The notes beneath the pieces are model-generated. The model did not search any database, was not told where the DNA came from, and saw only the letters and a list, made by a program, of their open reading frames with translations. 64,000 nt of DNA from Octopus sinensis (Eukaryota), in NCBI RefSeq assembly GCF_006345805.1, contig NC_043002.1, positions 66,774,001-66,838,000 of the forward strand, in the 5' to 3' direction. The position numbers and the translations under genes are program-made. Below, one piece after another: positions 1-11,496 of the stretch. How positions within the stretch are numbered: the stretch's first letter is position 1; every line of letters begins with the position of its first letter.

Positions 1-222
1 AGCACTAGCAATCAAGTTCGAGAAATACGACAGAGAAATTGGAATTGACACGAGAGCAGAGCAAGCTGGGGACAGCTAGGATTTTGAGATTGGTATTTGA
101 ATGTTGAATATCTTCCACGATAATTAACAACCAAGTATTAAAGCTTATAATGTGCGGAAAAAGACCCTGTGAGACCTCTGACAGCACAGAATCTACCAGA
201 GCAAACAAGACCGAGCTCTCTG
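1..222 (+). mobile_element. 3' end of an RLE-type (R4/Dong-like) non-LTR retrotransposon
   Basis: Translates to ...AGTARILRLVFEC*, resembling the GTARILR C-terminus of R4/Dong ORFs. It runs into a (TAA)n array, the known Dong target. Confidence 0.5.
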
Positions 223-237
223 TATAATAATAATAAG

Positions 238-305
<68 letters not shown>
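219..305. repeat. (TAA)n microsatellite
   Basis: Direct reading; source of the poly-N/I/L ORFs. Confidence 0.95.
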
Positions 306-306
<1 letters not shown>

Positions 307-789
307 TTTTTTATTAGCCACAAGGACATAAATGAGGAGTATACCCCAAGGACAGAAAACGATTTTACATAAAGGATGAGAGAAAAAAATGGAAAAAAAA
401 GTGAAATGCGATAAAAGTACACACAGCATACAAAGTTTGTAATATAATGAATAATGCAGTCCTCCAGCCAATCAAGGAACCCCACACATCCAGGATTATC
501 CTGACCACCACAGTTAGGTGCCTTCTCTCTTGCTCTCCTATCTACAGGCGTATATTTAATGTAGGTTCATTCATTCTAACCATAGCAATAACTAAAACAA
601 TAATAACAAGAGGATTCGGTGAGCGCAAATCTCCGCCAAGGCAACACCAGCGTCCTCTCAACGATTAGCCGGAGATGATTTTTAAAATGAGGATATCTGA
701 AATAAACTCGACTGCTCTCACAAACGAGAATATTAAAAATGAATCCGACCGCTCTCAAGTGAAAAAAAAACAGGAAAGATAATCCAGAA

Positions 790-935
790 TCCATGTTCGG
801 TACCGGATCGATCCCCAAATCTAATCAGTCACGAGGCCAAACATCCCTGAAAGTTTCATCCGAATCCACCCAGCGGTTCTTGAGGTATCTTGTCCACGGA
901 CAAACAAACAAACACGACTAAATACAATATCTCTT
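790..935 (+). mobile_element. Possible non-autonomous element fragment (HINE/pearl-like MITE)
   Basis: aagtttcatccgaatcc...ggacaaacaaacaaacacgactaaatacaatatctct, with an internal (ACAA)n array. The resemblance to mollusc MITEs is from recall. Confidence 0.3.
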
Positions 936-989
936 TCTCTAGGCGTATGTAATAATAATGAAGATGATGATGATGATGATGACGATGAT

Positions 990-1330
990 GATCCTTTCTC
1001 ATATAGGCACAAGGCCTGAAGTTTTGGAGGAAGGGGTTAGCTCGATTACATAGACCTCCAGACCTTGACAGATACTAATTTTATTGACTTCAACGGAATT
1101 TGAAATCAGAACGTAAAGATCCGAAACATTTTGTCCTACGTACTAATACGACAAGGTATTTTCCGACGCTCTAACGATTCTGCAGATTCGCCATTTTTAA
1201 TGGTTTCTAATTTAGGCTCAAAGCCTGCAATTGACTGTTACTTTATTTTACCAACTCTGGAGGAATGAAAGGTGAACATGACCTCGGTAGGATTTGAACT
1301 CAGAACGTCAAAAGCAAGGCTTTTTCCCCA
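990..1330 (-). mobile_element. Degraded copies of tRNA-derived SINE family A
   Basis: ataggcacaaggcctgaa...gacctcgg...atttgaactcagaacgt motifs. Confidence 0.7.
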
Positions 1331-1929
1331 ACATGCACTGAGGTTATTAGTACTTGTCCGTATCCTTTCACTGGCTCTGCGTTCCGTCCATGGTAAAGAC
1401 AATTAATTATCGCCGACTCAGATCACCAACCTGTAGATATCAAAAGTAGGTGGGTACCGCTCAGCGCTGTAAATAGCAGAAGCACAGAAAAAAAATGGAC
1501 GAGTTATTAGCGCCAGAGTCTCAACTTCAAGACCTTCTATGAAGTAACATTACTGCTTTGTTTAAGAAACACTACAGCCGCAACACTAAAGTGGACCAAA
1601 GATAACATAAAAATGAAATAAAAGAAGAGAAACTGCTGCAACAAGAAAGAAAGGAATGTGAAGTAGGAAAATACGAAGGAAAAGTTATGCCTAAGAAATT
1701 AACGTCATTGGAAACTATTATTATCATAGAAGAGCAAAATAACAATACTGTGTGCAAGTATGATAGGCATAAATGAAGGTGAATTCAAGTATGTCTGTCT
1801 AGAGATAGTTGCTGTAGAAATCATGCGCCGTATGAATGGAGAAAAATTTAATGGTGGCGTGAGTAGATAAAGTCAAGTGCATTGTATATTAAGTGTATTG
1901 CATATTATAGTCGGTTAAAATAGAACGAT

Positions 1930-2540
1930 AGATTAGAGAATGTGAGAGGAGAAGGAAGGGGAGTCAGTAAAGGAGATAGAGGGAGAGAGATCGAGAGAGG
2001 CTATGTGAGGAAAAAAGAGGAGAAATGGAAGTATTGTAGAGAAGAGTGGAGAAGCGGAAGGAGGGAGAGAAAGAGAAATTAGTCAGAGAGAGAGAGAGAG
2101 AGAGAAGGAGAGAGATAAGGAAAGAGAAAAAGGTTTGTTTGAAGAAGAGAGAGAAGGAAAGAAATGAAATAGTATAAGAAAGAGGGAGAAGAAAAATAGG
2201 GTAAGAAAGAGAATTATCTAAGAAGAAAATGAAAACAGGAAGAGAAAGGGAAAGATTGATAAATATATTTAATTTAAAGAAAGAAAAGAGGAGAATGACA
2301 GAGAGAAACGACAAGATTATGAAGGAGAAAAGTGGAAAGAAAGAAGTGAGAATGAAAAGCGAAAAGGAAGACAAAAGAGAAGTAGAAGAAAGGAAAAAAT
2401 AAAGACATAAAATTGAGGAAAAGTTTATAGAAAGAGATAAAATAAGAAGAGAAAACGAAACAGATATAAAGAGAGAGGAACAGATATAAGGCGAAGATAA
2501 TAGAGAGAGGGGTAGGAAGACAGAGAGAGAGTGAGAAAGA
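1930..2540. repeat. Purine-rich (GA/GGA/AAG) low-complexity tract
   Basis: Direct reading. Confidence 0.85.
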
Positions 2541-2686
2541 AAGCTATTAAACGATAGTTCTCAACTGAGGTTCATATGACCATTAGGGTCCACATAAGAT
2601 TTTGTTGTTAAAATTTATGTCCAATAAACGGGTTATATTTCTATTACTGACAAACTAATTTTTGCAATTTTTATACAATTCCTGCA

Positions 2687-2850
2687 AGCGCAGGAGTGGC
2701 AGTGTAGTAAGAAGCTTACTTCCCAACCATATGGTTTCGGGTTCAGTCCCACTGAGTGACACCTTGCACAAGTGTCTTCTACTATAGCCTCGGGCCGACC
2801 AAAGCTTTGTGAGTGGATCTGGTAGACGGAAACTGAAAGAAGTCCGTCGT
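2687..2850 (+). mobile_element. SINE family B, 5' half
   Basis: gcaggagtggcagtgtagtaag...gggttcagtcccact...accttgcacaagtgtcttctactatagcc, ending in the (CA)n(TA)n array. Confidence 0.85.
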
Positions 2851-2851
2851 G

Positions 2852-2911
<60 letters not shown>

Positions 2912-3348
2912 ATCAGCAAATGGAGAAAACTTTTGATCAACAAACAAACAAATTGGACTATATCTGTAGATTATTTTTTAATACAAAAATTGACATAACA
3001 TTTCTATGTCATAGAATGTTGCATTAAAAAATAACCTACAGGTGTGATCCAATTTGTTTGTTTCTTGATCAAAAGTTTTCTCCATTTTCTGTTTATTTAA
3101 ACTAGATTCCTGATAACTTTTGTTTATTCTACTGTTACCTGTACACTACGAGCATAGTGTGCCTACATACCCATGCCCAGCGATAGCACAGGTAACTGTT
3201 ACTGACAGTAAATACGGGTATTTTCATCCCAGAGTCGCATCTCTGTTTTCGTATATATATGCATCTCACTTCTATTTTCATTCCTTCACGTCCCTCTGTA
3301 TTTCATATCTTCTCTTCAATAATTATTACTCCAACAGTTTCTCGCACC

Positions 3349-3396
3349 GTCTCTGATGAAGGGATATATAAAATATCCCGGAAACAGCTGTAAGAC
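3349..3396 (+). ncRNA. Minimal type I hammerhead ribozyme
   Basis: GUCU-CUGAUGA-A-GGGAUAU(AUAAA)AUAUCCC-G-GAAAC-AGCU-GUA^AGAC. Stem I GUCU/AGAC, 7-bp stem II, palindromic ACAGCUGU stem III. Confidence 0.8.
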
Positions 3397-3625
3397 CTCT
3401 TTATAAATGTTCTGAAAACTAAGAATAATTCCTAATAATGTTTAAATTGTAAAAATATAACAGGATTTTTTTCAACATCGAATGGCTGATCCATCTAAGT
3501 AAAATAGGGACCACAAGGGTCGACTGGCAAAGCATGGTTGAGAATCACTGCTGCAGAAGAATGGAGAGGGTTGAGGAAGAAGATGTAAGAACCAGAAAAG
3601 CAGAGAAAAAAAGTTTTAAAAATTC

Positions 3626-3835
3626 TTTCTACTGGAAGCACAAGGCCTCACATTTGGGGGAAGGGATTAAGTCGATCACATCTACCCCAGTACGCAACTT
3701 GTATTTAATTTATCGACCCCGAAAGGATGAAAGGTAAAGTCGACCTCGGTGGAATTTGAACTCAGAATTTAAAAACAAACGAAATAGCGCTAAGCATTTC
3801 ACTCGGCGTGCTAACGATTCTGCCAGCTCGCCGCC
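3626..3835 (-). mobile_element. tRNA-derived SINE family A, complete monomer
   Basis: Minus strand ggcggcgagctggcagaa (A-box-like) ... gagttcaaattcc (B box), then the conserved body gtcgactttacctttcatcctttcggggtcgataaattaa. Confidence 0.9.
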
Positions 3836-4041
3836 TTGAATAAAGTGGGGGTGGGGAGATGAAGAGAAAATGATAACCCGAGGAGAAAGTAAGAGGGAGA
3901 GAGAGAGGGGTGAGGAGTAAGGATGCAGAAAGACTAATATGTGAAGAAACAGATGATGGTCAGAACCAAAATAAAATCTAAGAGAGGGATGATGAGAGGG
4001 AGAGTAGGAGAACGAGAAAGAAATGCAATGAGAAAAATATA

Positions 4042-4424
4042 TGTGTGGTAAGTAGCTTGCTAACCAACCACATGGTTCCGGGTTCAGTCCCACTGCGTGG
4101 CATCTTGGGCAAGTGTCTTCTGCTATAGCCCCGGGCCGACCAATGCCTTGTGAGTGGATTTGGTAGACGGAAACTGAAAGAAGCCTGTCGTATATATGTA
4201 TATATATATATGTGTGTGTGTGTGTTTGTGTGTCTGTGTTTGTCCCCCTAGCATTGCTTGACAACCGATGCTGGTGTGTTTACGTCCCCGTCTCTTAGCG
4301 GTTCGGCAAAAGAGACCGATAGAATAAGTACTGGGCTTACAAAGAATAAGTCCCGGGGTCGATTTGTTCGACTAAAGGCGGTGCTCCAGCATGGCCGCAG
4401 TCAAAATGACTGAAACAAGTAAAA
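4042..4424 (+). mobile_element. SINE family B with internal microsatellite
   Basis: tRNA-like head, CORE-like tcttgggcaagtg segment, internal (TA)/(TG) array, and tail ...gactgaaacaagtaaaag. Confidence 0.9.
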
Positions 4425-4648
4425 GTGTATATATAGAGAGAGAGGTGGTGCAGAGGAATGACGACGCAGGCATTTGAAATCCACAGGTTGTGGTGGGAGG
4501 AAGGGTGAAAGTAAAAGTTTCTATCAGTCAAATAGATTGGGAAAGGAATTTTACAGTACGTTGCCAGTTCAACATTTTCAAGGAGTGACAGATTAGCGAC
4601 GACTTATATCAATAAAGAAATCACCGAAAGGAATGGCAAAGAGGAAAA

Positions 4649-4671
4649 CGGAAGTGGTGGAATCCGGAAGC
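4649..4671 (+). promoter_or_regulatory. Paired ETS-like CGGAAG motifs in non-repetitive sequence
   Basis: cggaagtg (4649) and ccggaagc (4664); motif match only. Confidence 0.15.
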
Positions 4672-5179
4672 TCACGGCGTTGTGTCTGCGGCTGATATTA
4701 GTTTAATCCCAGCTGCCAATTACTAAACATTCAATTAATTTTACTAATTGATACAGAAAAGAAAAACCTGTTGCTGTAAGAGTAAACAGATCAAAGCGAA
4801 GACATTTTCAATTATTCACGTCGAAAAAAAAAATTAATTAATTAATTATTAACATACGTCATCCGTATGAATTTTTTTTTTTTTTACTTATTTCATTCAC
4901 TAGACTGCAGCCATGTTGGTGCAATTTATTTGACTAAATTCCTTGAAGAGTTTGATCGAACAAATTCACATCAATAATTATAATTTTTTCAAAAAAATGT
5001 CTGCTATTCATTCTAACAGTTTCTTTTGCTTAACCACTAAGTCACGTGCACGTAAACAAACCAACACTGCTTGTCAAGCAGTGTGGATGGAGGAGAAAAC
5101 ACACGCACAAAGGCATACTCCAGACATATACATAAATACATACAGACATAAGTATATATCTGTATAGAAATACATACAT

Positions 5180-5233
<54 letters not shown>

Positions 5234-5238
<5 letters not shown>

Positions 5239-5415
5239 TAATCCAAACATGAAAACACAAAGAAAAAACACAACAACGCGAGGACGTGGAACAAATATAG
5301 TATTATTGGACGCTCAGGAAGGAAGGGAAGAAGGAGGGTTTTACGTTTCGAGCGGAGCTCTTCGTCAGAAACATAGGAAAAGGAAAGATCCAGAGAAGGG
5401 AAGACGGAGGAAAAA
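5234..5415 (-). mobile_element. PLE terminal (pLTR-like) repeat, family C, inserted in (TA)n
   Basis: Same sequence family as the 5' end of the 35-38 kb PLE (38140-38290). It carries an HHR motif and its 3' end ggattaacttt abuts (TA)n. Confidence 0.8.
5338..5372 (-). ncRNA. Minimal hammerhead ribozyme (family C)
   Basis: GUUU-CUGACGA-A-GAGC(UCC)GCUC-GAAAC-GUA^AAAC; stem III reduced to the palindrome ACGU. Confidence 0.7.
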
Positions 5416-5430
5416 TACATATATATATAT

Positions 5431-5545
5431 CTTCCGTGGAAGAGCGTAGGCTCGAAACGTTAAAGACTTTTTCACTTCCCGAGCGTTAAACTAATACATA
5501 TTCTTGTTGTCTACACCATCTGTCTTCGTCATTACAAGGGATCGG
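5431..5545 (+). mobile_element. PLE-type terminal repeat, family D, with degenerate HHR
   Basis: cttccgtggaagagcgtaggctcgaaacgttaaagac...; homologous to 14066-14245, 28600-28750, 44146-44400 and 52495-52660. Confidence 0.75.
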
Positions 5546-5617
5546 CAAAACGCCTCTCCAGCGCGTGGTGAGGCGTTTGCCAATCCCTTGTTATAATTAT
5601 TGATATAATATAATATA

Positions 5618-5667
<50 letters not shown>

Positions 5668-5786
5668 CCCACACACGCACACAGCCTTCACACACACACA
5701 CATGCACACACACTCTCTCATATATGTACATATAGTTATGTACAGTCACTTTTACACATTCGTGTTACAGGTACACACACACACAC

Positions 5787-5818
<32 letters not shown>

Positions 5819-6207
5819 CCTTTCCATATAGGCACAAGGCCTAAAATATTGGGCGAAGCGCTTAAATCGAGTACATACACCCTACCTCCACCTCCGAGCT
5901 CGACTGATACTTATTTTATCGACCACGACGGTATTACATACTGTTTCCGTTTACCAAACCCATTCACAAAGCATTGGTTAGCTCGGGTCTATAGTAGAAG
6001 CCACTTACCCAGGGTGCTGCACTGTAAGACTGAACCTGAAAACACGTAATTGCAACGCAAACATCTTAACCACACGGCCAAGGCTGCGCATGTAATTGAT
6101 TCAGTGTTATCGTATTTAATGCAGTGAGCATAAAACAAAATTGGAATTAGAAATGCTTAAGAAGTAGGGAAAAAACACAATTTTAGCTCAATGACTAATA
6201 TATTCTT

Positions 6208-6590
6208 TTTTTATTCTAGGAACAAGGCCCGAAATTTTGGGGGAGGGGGCCAGTCGGTTAGATCGACCTCAGTACGCAACTGGTAGTTAATTTATCGATG
6301 AAAGGGCAAAGTCGACCTCGGTGGAATTTGAACTCAGAATGTAAAGACAGACGAAATAGCTATTTCTTTACTACCCACAAGGGGCTAAACACAGAGAGGA
6401 CAAACAAGGACAGACAAACGGATTAAGTCGATTATGTCGACCCCAGTGCGTAACTGGTACTTAATTTATCGACCCCGAAAGGATGAAAGGCAAAGTCGAT
6501 CTCGGCGGAATTTGAACTCAGAACGTAGCGGCAGACGAAATACCGCTAAGCATTTCGCCCGGCGTGCTAACGTTTCTGCCAGCTCGCCGC
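6208..6590 (-). mobile_element. Dimeric SINE family A
   Basis: Two monomers in tandem with different tails; mirror of the arrangement at 39258-39656. Confidence 0.85.
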
Positions 6591-6866
6591 ATTTCCGTGA
6601 CTAATATATTATTATTTATCAAGTCAACAAATACGTGAAATAATTCCGAGCGTGTTTTCACCTTATTAAACATCTTCAGCGAATCATTGACTTCACCGAA
6701 GATATGCGTAAGTAAAAGTGTCTTGTACTACAGTTCCGGGTCGACCGACGTCTTGTAAGTGAATTTGGTTGACGGAAACTGCGAGGAAACTCGTGATCTG
6801 TATGCATGCATATGTGTATGTATAGTTAAAACAACAGCAACAACAACAATAATAATGATAATGATA

Positions 6867-6867
<1 letters not shown>

Positions 6868-6933
<66 letters not shown>

Positions 6934-7012
6934 GGTGGTGGTGGTGGAAGTAGTTATGAACTTATTGTTTATAGTTCTCAGGTTCACTACAATGTATGTA
7001 TGTATGTATGCA

Positions 7013-7043
<31 letters not shown>

Positions 7044-7092
7044 ATGTATGTATGTATGTATGTATGTATGTGTATGTATGTATGTATGTATG
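6868..7092. repeat. Compound microsatellite (TAG)n(TGG)n ... (TCTG)n(TATG)n
   Basis: Direct reading. Confidence 0.9.
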
Positions 7093-8169
7093 GAAGGAAA
7101 GCTGTATGAATGTGTGTGCGTGTGTGTCTGTATTTGTGTTTGTTTCCCCGCATTCACCGCTTGACAACCAGTGTTGGTTTGTTGACGTCTCTGTCCTCTC
7201 TTTTGGGAAACCACTTAGTAAACTTAGTGGTTTGCCAAAAGGGAGGACAGAGGAAGTACCAGATTTAAAAATTAATTATCGGTTTCGATTTGTTTTTTTT
7301 ACGAGACCCTCCAAAGCGGTGCCCAAGCATGGCCGCAATCCAGTGACTGAAACAAGCAAAAGTGATAGAGAAGAGGAAACAACAAATAATATAAATCGTT
7401 CGATTGAAAAGAATTCAATTCACAAAACTTCTTTTTTGTCAGCTAAGTATGACTCGCGTCCATCAATTTTAAAATCTTCTGCCCTTCTATACTAACCTTC
7501 AATAAGAACGTCTAATCATGAAATATATAGCTTTTTCACTCTCATAAAAGTTCGTTGATTGTATTAACTTCCAATAAATTTACGGTCTAGACATCTTATA
7601 ATAATCACAGATATTTGGCTGGACTATGCATGATTGCTATAACTTACTTCTTCATATACATAATCGTCTTCAACTTGGTATTTTCACTTGACCTTTTCTT
7701 TGTAAACTAACAGCGCTTGGTTAGATCGGAAGTATTTATATAAGCGATCCAATTATCGTCATGTCTAAGTCTATATACTTAACTTTTCCTTATGGTGAAG
7801 CGATACACAGAAAGAAGTAAATGAGCCTGCAACCTAATTTTGATTCTAGCGTCGTTCTACATCTGTATATACATCATGTTATAAACATCTTTATTCTATC
7901 GAAGACATTTTTTCTAATTTTACTAATGTAGTGAATGAAATAGCAAGAAACCTACGACATATCGATTCTTCCTTTTATAAATCAGGGGCTCGGCACTTAC
8001 CTAAGAAATTAACGGTATTAAACTTTATTATTCTTTCGATTGAAGAAAACTTGGCATAAGGAATTCAGTTGTTCAAACATTTTAAAGAACAAACTCTTTG
8101 ATCAAACAAACCAGTTTCCAAAATTCCTACCATACTATTGAAAGTGTTACTTGAAATAGAAGACTGTAC

Positions 8170-8482
8170 TTTTCTACTCTAGGCACAAGCCCCGAGATTT
8201 TGGGGGAGGGGGATAGCCGGTTAGATCGACCCCAGTACGCAACTGGTACTTAATTTATCGACCCCGAAAGGATGAAAGACAAAGTCGACCTCGGCGGAAT
8301 TTGAACTCAGAACGTAAAGACGGACGAAAGACCGCTAAGCATTTCGCCCGGCCTGCCAATGTTTCTTTTCTACTCCAGGCACAAGACACGAGATTGTAGG
8401 GGAGGGGGCCAGCCGATTAGATCAGCCCCAGTACGCCAAGCATTTCGTCCGGCGTGCTAACGTTTCCGCCAGCTCGCCGCCT
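8170..8482 (-). mobile_element. SINE family A tandem/rearranged copies
   Basis: Two overlapping copies starting ttctactctaggcacaag. Confidence 0.85.
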
Positions 8483-8659
8483 AAGACGATTGTACTTTGG
8501 CGTGGAAGAACATAAATAAATGGCATTGAAAACAATGCAATTCCAGTTTGTTGAGAATCCTGTTATAGTCTGTTTAAAGTTGTGTTTCTCACCAGAAGTG
8601 AGGCTGCGCCAATTGAAAAGGGGCTCCAGAAAAATAATTGTTTCCTGCCTTATCTTTTT

Positions 8660-8875
8660 CTGGTTTTAGTCATTAGAATGTGGCCATGCTGGAGCACCAC
8701 TTTGAAGCATTTTAGTCGAATGATTCTCTCTTAGTACTTACTTCTTTTTTAAAATTGGTACTTATTGTAATCCTCTTTTGCCGAACCGCTAAGTTACGAG
8801 GACATAGACACACCAACACCAGTTGTCAAGCGGTGGTGGAGAACAAATAGACACAAAAGTACACTAATAAAAAGT

Positions 8876-8919
<44 letters not shown>

Positions 8920-9098
8920 ATATATATATATATAATATATGATGGGCTCCTTTTCAGTTTCCGTCTACCAAATCCACTCGCAAGGCTTCGGTGGGCCCAA
9001 GGCTATACTAGCAGACTGCTGTCCAATGTGCCACGCAGTGGGACTGACCACGAAACCATGTGACTGGGAGGCAAACTGCTTACCACACAGCCACACCA
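8660..9098 (-). mobile_element. SINE family B
   Basis: Reverse complement of the family B consensus, with an internal (CA)n(TA)n array. Confidence 0.85.
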
Positions 9099-11174
9099 AC
9101 GCCATATTAAACTATGTTTAACAAGATTTAGGTTTTAAAACTTTTCCCACTCAATGAAAAGAAGATTTATGCGGATGCAAACGCCAAGTGATTGTGAAGC
9201 AACTATAGTTTTCACTGATATTTTAGAAGGAAGGCCTGGTATTTGGCATTTTCAGAAGCAATAGGTTAAAGTTGTAACTCCAACTCTAAAAGTACTCTTC
9301 TTCTACCTGAAGCTTTGAAATGTTACCAGTTGCAACAACCTCTTATCTCAATGGGAACTAACACCATCATTGTTTAAACTTGTAGTACTCCTTACACTGT
9401 ACTACTGTTCCCAGTAGGACGAGATCCCTCTTGCTTTGAGAACAAATAGTTTTGATAGATCTTTCATTGAAGTAGCTTTGCCTCAGCTCAAGTCTATTGT
9501 AAGATGAGTTTGGTAGGTGTTACAATAAGTCGCTTGTTTTGGAGCAAGGTTACAAAAGGGTTGATGTAGAATTCGGGTAGTTGTACTGCTGTACCCATAG
9601 AATGGCGGTCGGTGACTATATTTACGATTGAGGGATTGGAAAAAAGTCATACAGATATTGATTAAAAAGAATATGTGAGAAAAAGATCAACAAAACAAAG
9701 TACCAGTCAAGTAATGGAGGCTGGAGAGTATCTCTTAATACTGGTGACCTTGAGTTTGAATTAGAAATCATTATTTTTATTGACTCCCAACGGATGGAAG
9801 ACAAAATGTTTTCTTATACAATACGAACAGTAGTTCATATATGAACAGATGGCAAATATTTTTCTAATATAAGAACAGAAGTAAGCAAAATAGTCACCGT
9901 AAATTCATATTTGGTCGAGTCAATTTGACTTTGGACCAGCGGCTCAAATGTTGAATGTTCATAATGTAGCATTGCATTGTATCCCTTGAGACCACTTAGC
10001 TCTCGCTGGCTTTGTTCATATATCTGTAAAAAGGATAATGAGTGTACACATTGCCGTGTGGTTGGCAAGTTCTTTCTATTATCATGTGATTTCGCGTTCA
10101 GTTCTCCTGCATGTTACCATGAACAAAGTGCCTTCTACCATGGCCGTAGATCTACAAAAATTCCATGAGTGGAATTTAGTTTAAGAGAAATTGAGCTGTT
10201 ATTTCTTGCAAATCGTGTGATTCAAGAGAATGGCTTTTGCTGTTTATCCTCCAATCAATCCTAATTATGTAGACATATAATCAAAAGTCTTCCACTCGTG
10301 AACCCCTCTATCTTTTTAGACTCCTCCATGGTTATCCAATGGACATTTCCATTTTTTAAACTATAGGGCGAAATCCTAAGACGATTCTGTTGCTATTTCT
10401 ATCGAGTCGAGCAACAATGAAGCATCTCCCAAAATGGTTGGAGGTTTTCAAGGATTTCTGTTTCATTTCAAAATTAAAGCTTCTTCCATTTATCTTTCAC
10501 CTTATGCATTTTATCTATGTTCGAACACGCTGAATATTTTCAAGAAAATCAAATTTCCGCAGATTATTTCATTTTTAATAATTGAACAAACACCTCATCT
10601 TCCGTAGTATTTCAAATTTCTATTCAGTTACGAGATATCATCTTTAAATTTAAAGATAAAATTTGACGCTATTTATTATTATTTTAACATTTCAGAATTG
10701 AATATAGCTTTTCTCTGAAAATTAGTTTCATCGGGTCGCATATACAGGTATCTATATTCTTGGTACAATTCACCACCTCATCGGCGTTATATCATTCCAC
10801 ATGTAGCCGTTATCAAAGCATTACAGATAGATTCTATCTTTTTGTTACGCCGTCTGACGACAGATAGTTTCCGAAACAACCTTTCTTCAGCGAAAGACAT
10901 ATTAAGAAATAAAATCATTCATATTTTCTTAGTACGGCGTAACAAAGTTTGATTTTTTCCGCTTATTCTTTCGTTCGGTGTATACAATCAATGTATATGA
11001 ACATTTGTTGAGCTAAATACATCGTTGGAAAAAAAATCCACCTCGCAAAGACTAATGAAATGTACCCTGTGGAATACAACGGTGTCTTGTTACCGAGTGT
11101 GTGTGTATATCTGTCTATCTATCATCTATCTATCTATCTGTCTGTCTGTCTGTCTATCTATCTATATATCTATC

Positions 11175-11237
<63 letters not shown>

Positions 11238-11496
11238 CAGGCCAACTTAGAAATTAAGAAAATAGTGGAGACGTATGGATTACAAATGAAAACGCAACCG
11301 TTGAACCCCAGACAACCAAGATTCATCGTTAAGGACCATAAATAGAACTTTCATACCAACCCAGCTTTACGGCTCATATGCCCTTCTAGTTCCGACATCG
11401 GTACCCTTAGTAAGTACATTTTAGACAAATATGTACCTACATTAATAAATAAGTTAAAACTTAGCTTATGGTCTAACTCTGCTCAAGTCGTCTATT

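Noticed and set aside
3626-3835. tRNA gene calls for SINE heads (also 44900-44963 and 58090-58160)
   Set aside because: A/B boxes are present but there is no complete cloverleaf, and they continue into SINE bodies.
9180-9830. Possible decayed TE coding sequence
   Set aside because: No frame gave a diagnostic motif; it needs a translated search.
10846-10890. ctgacga...ccgaaac hammerhead-like spacing
   Set aside because: No stem II or stem I pairing and no NUH site.
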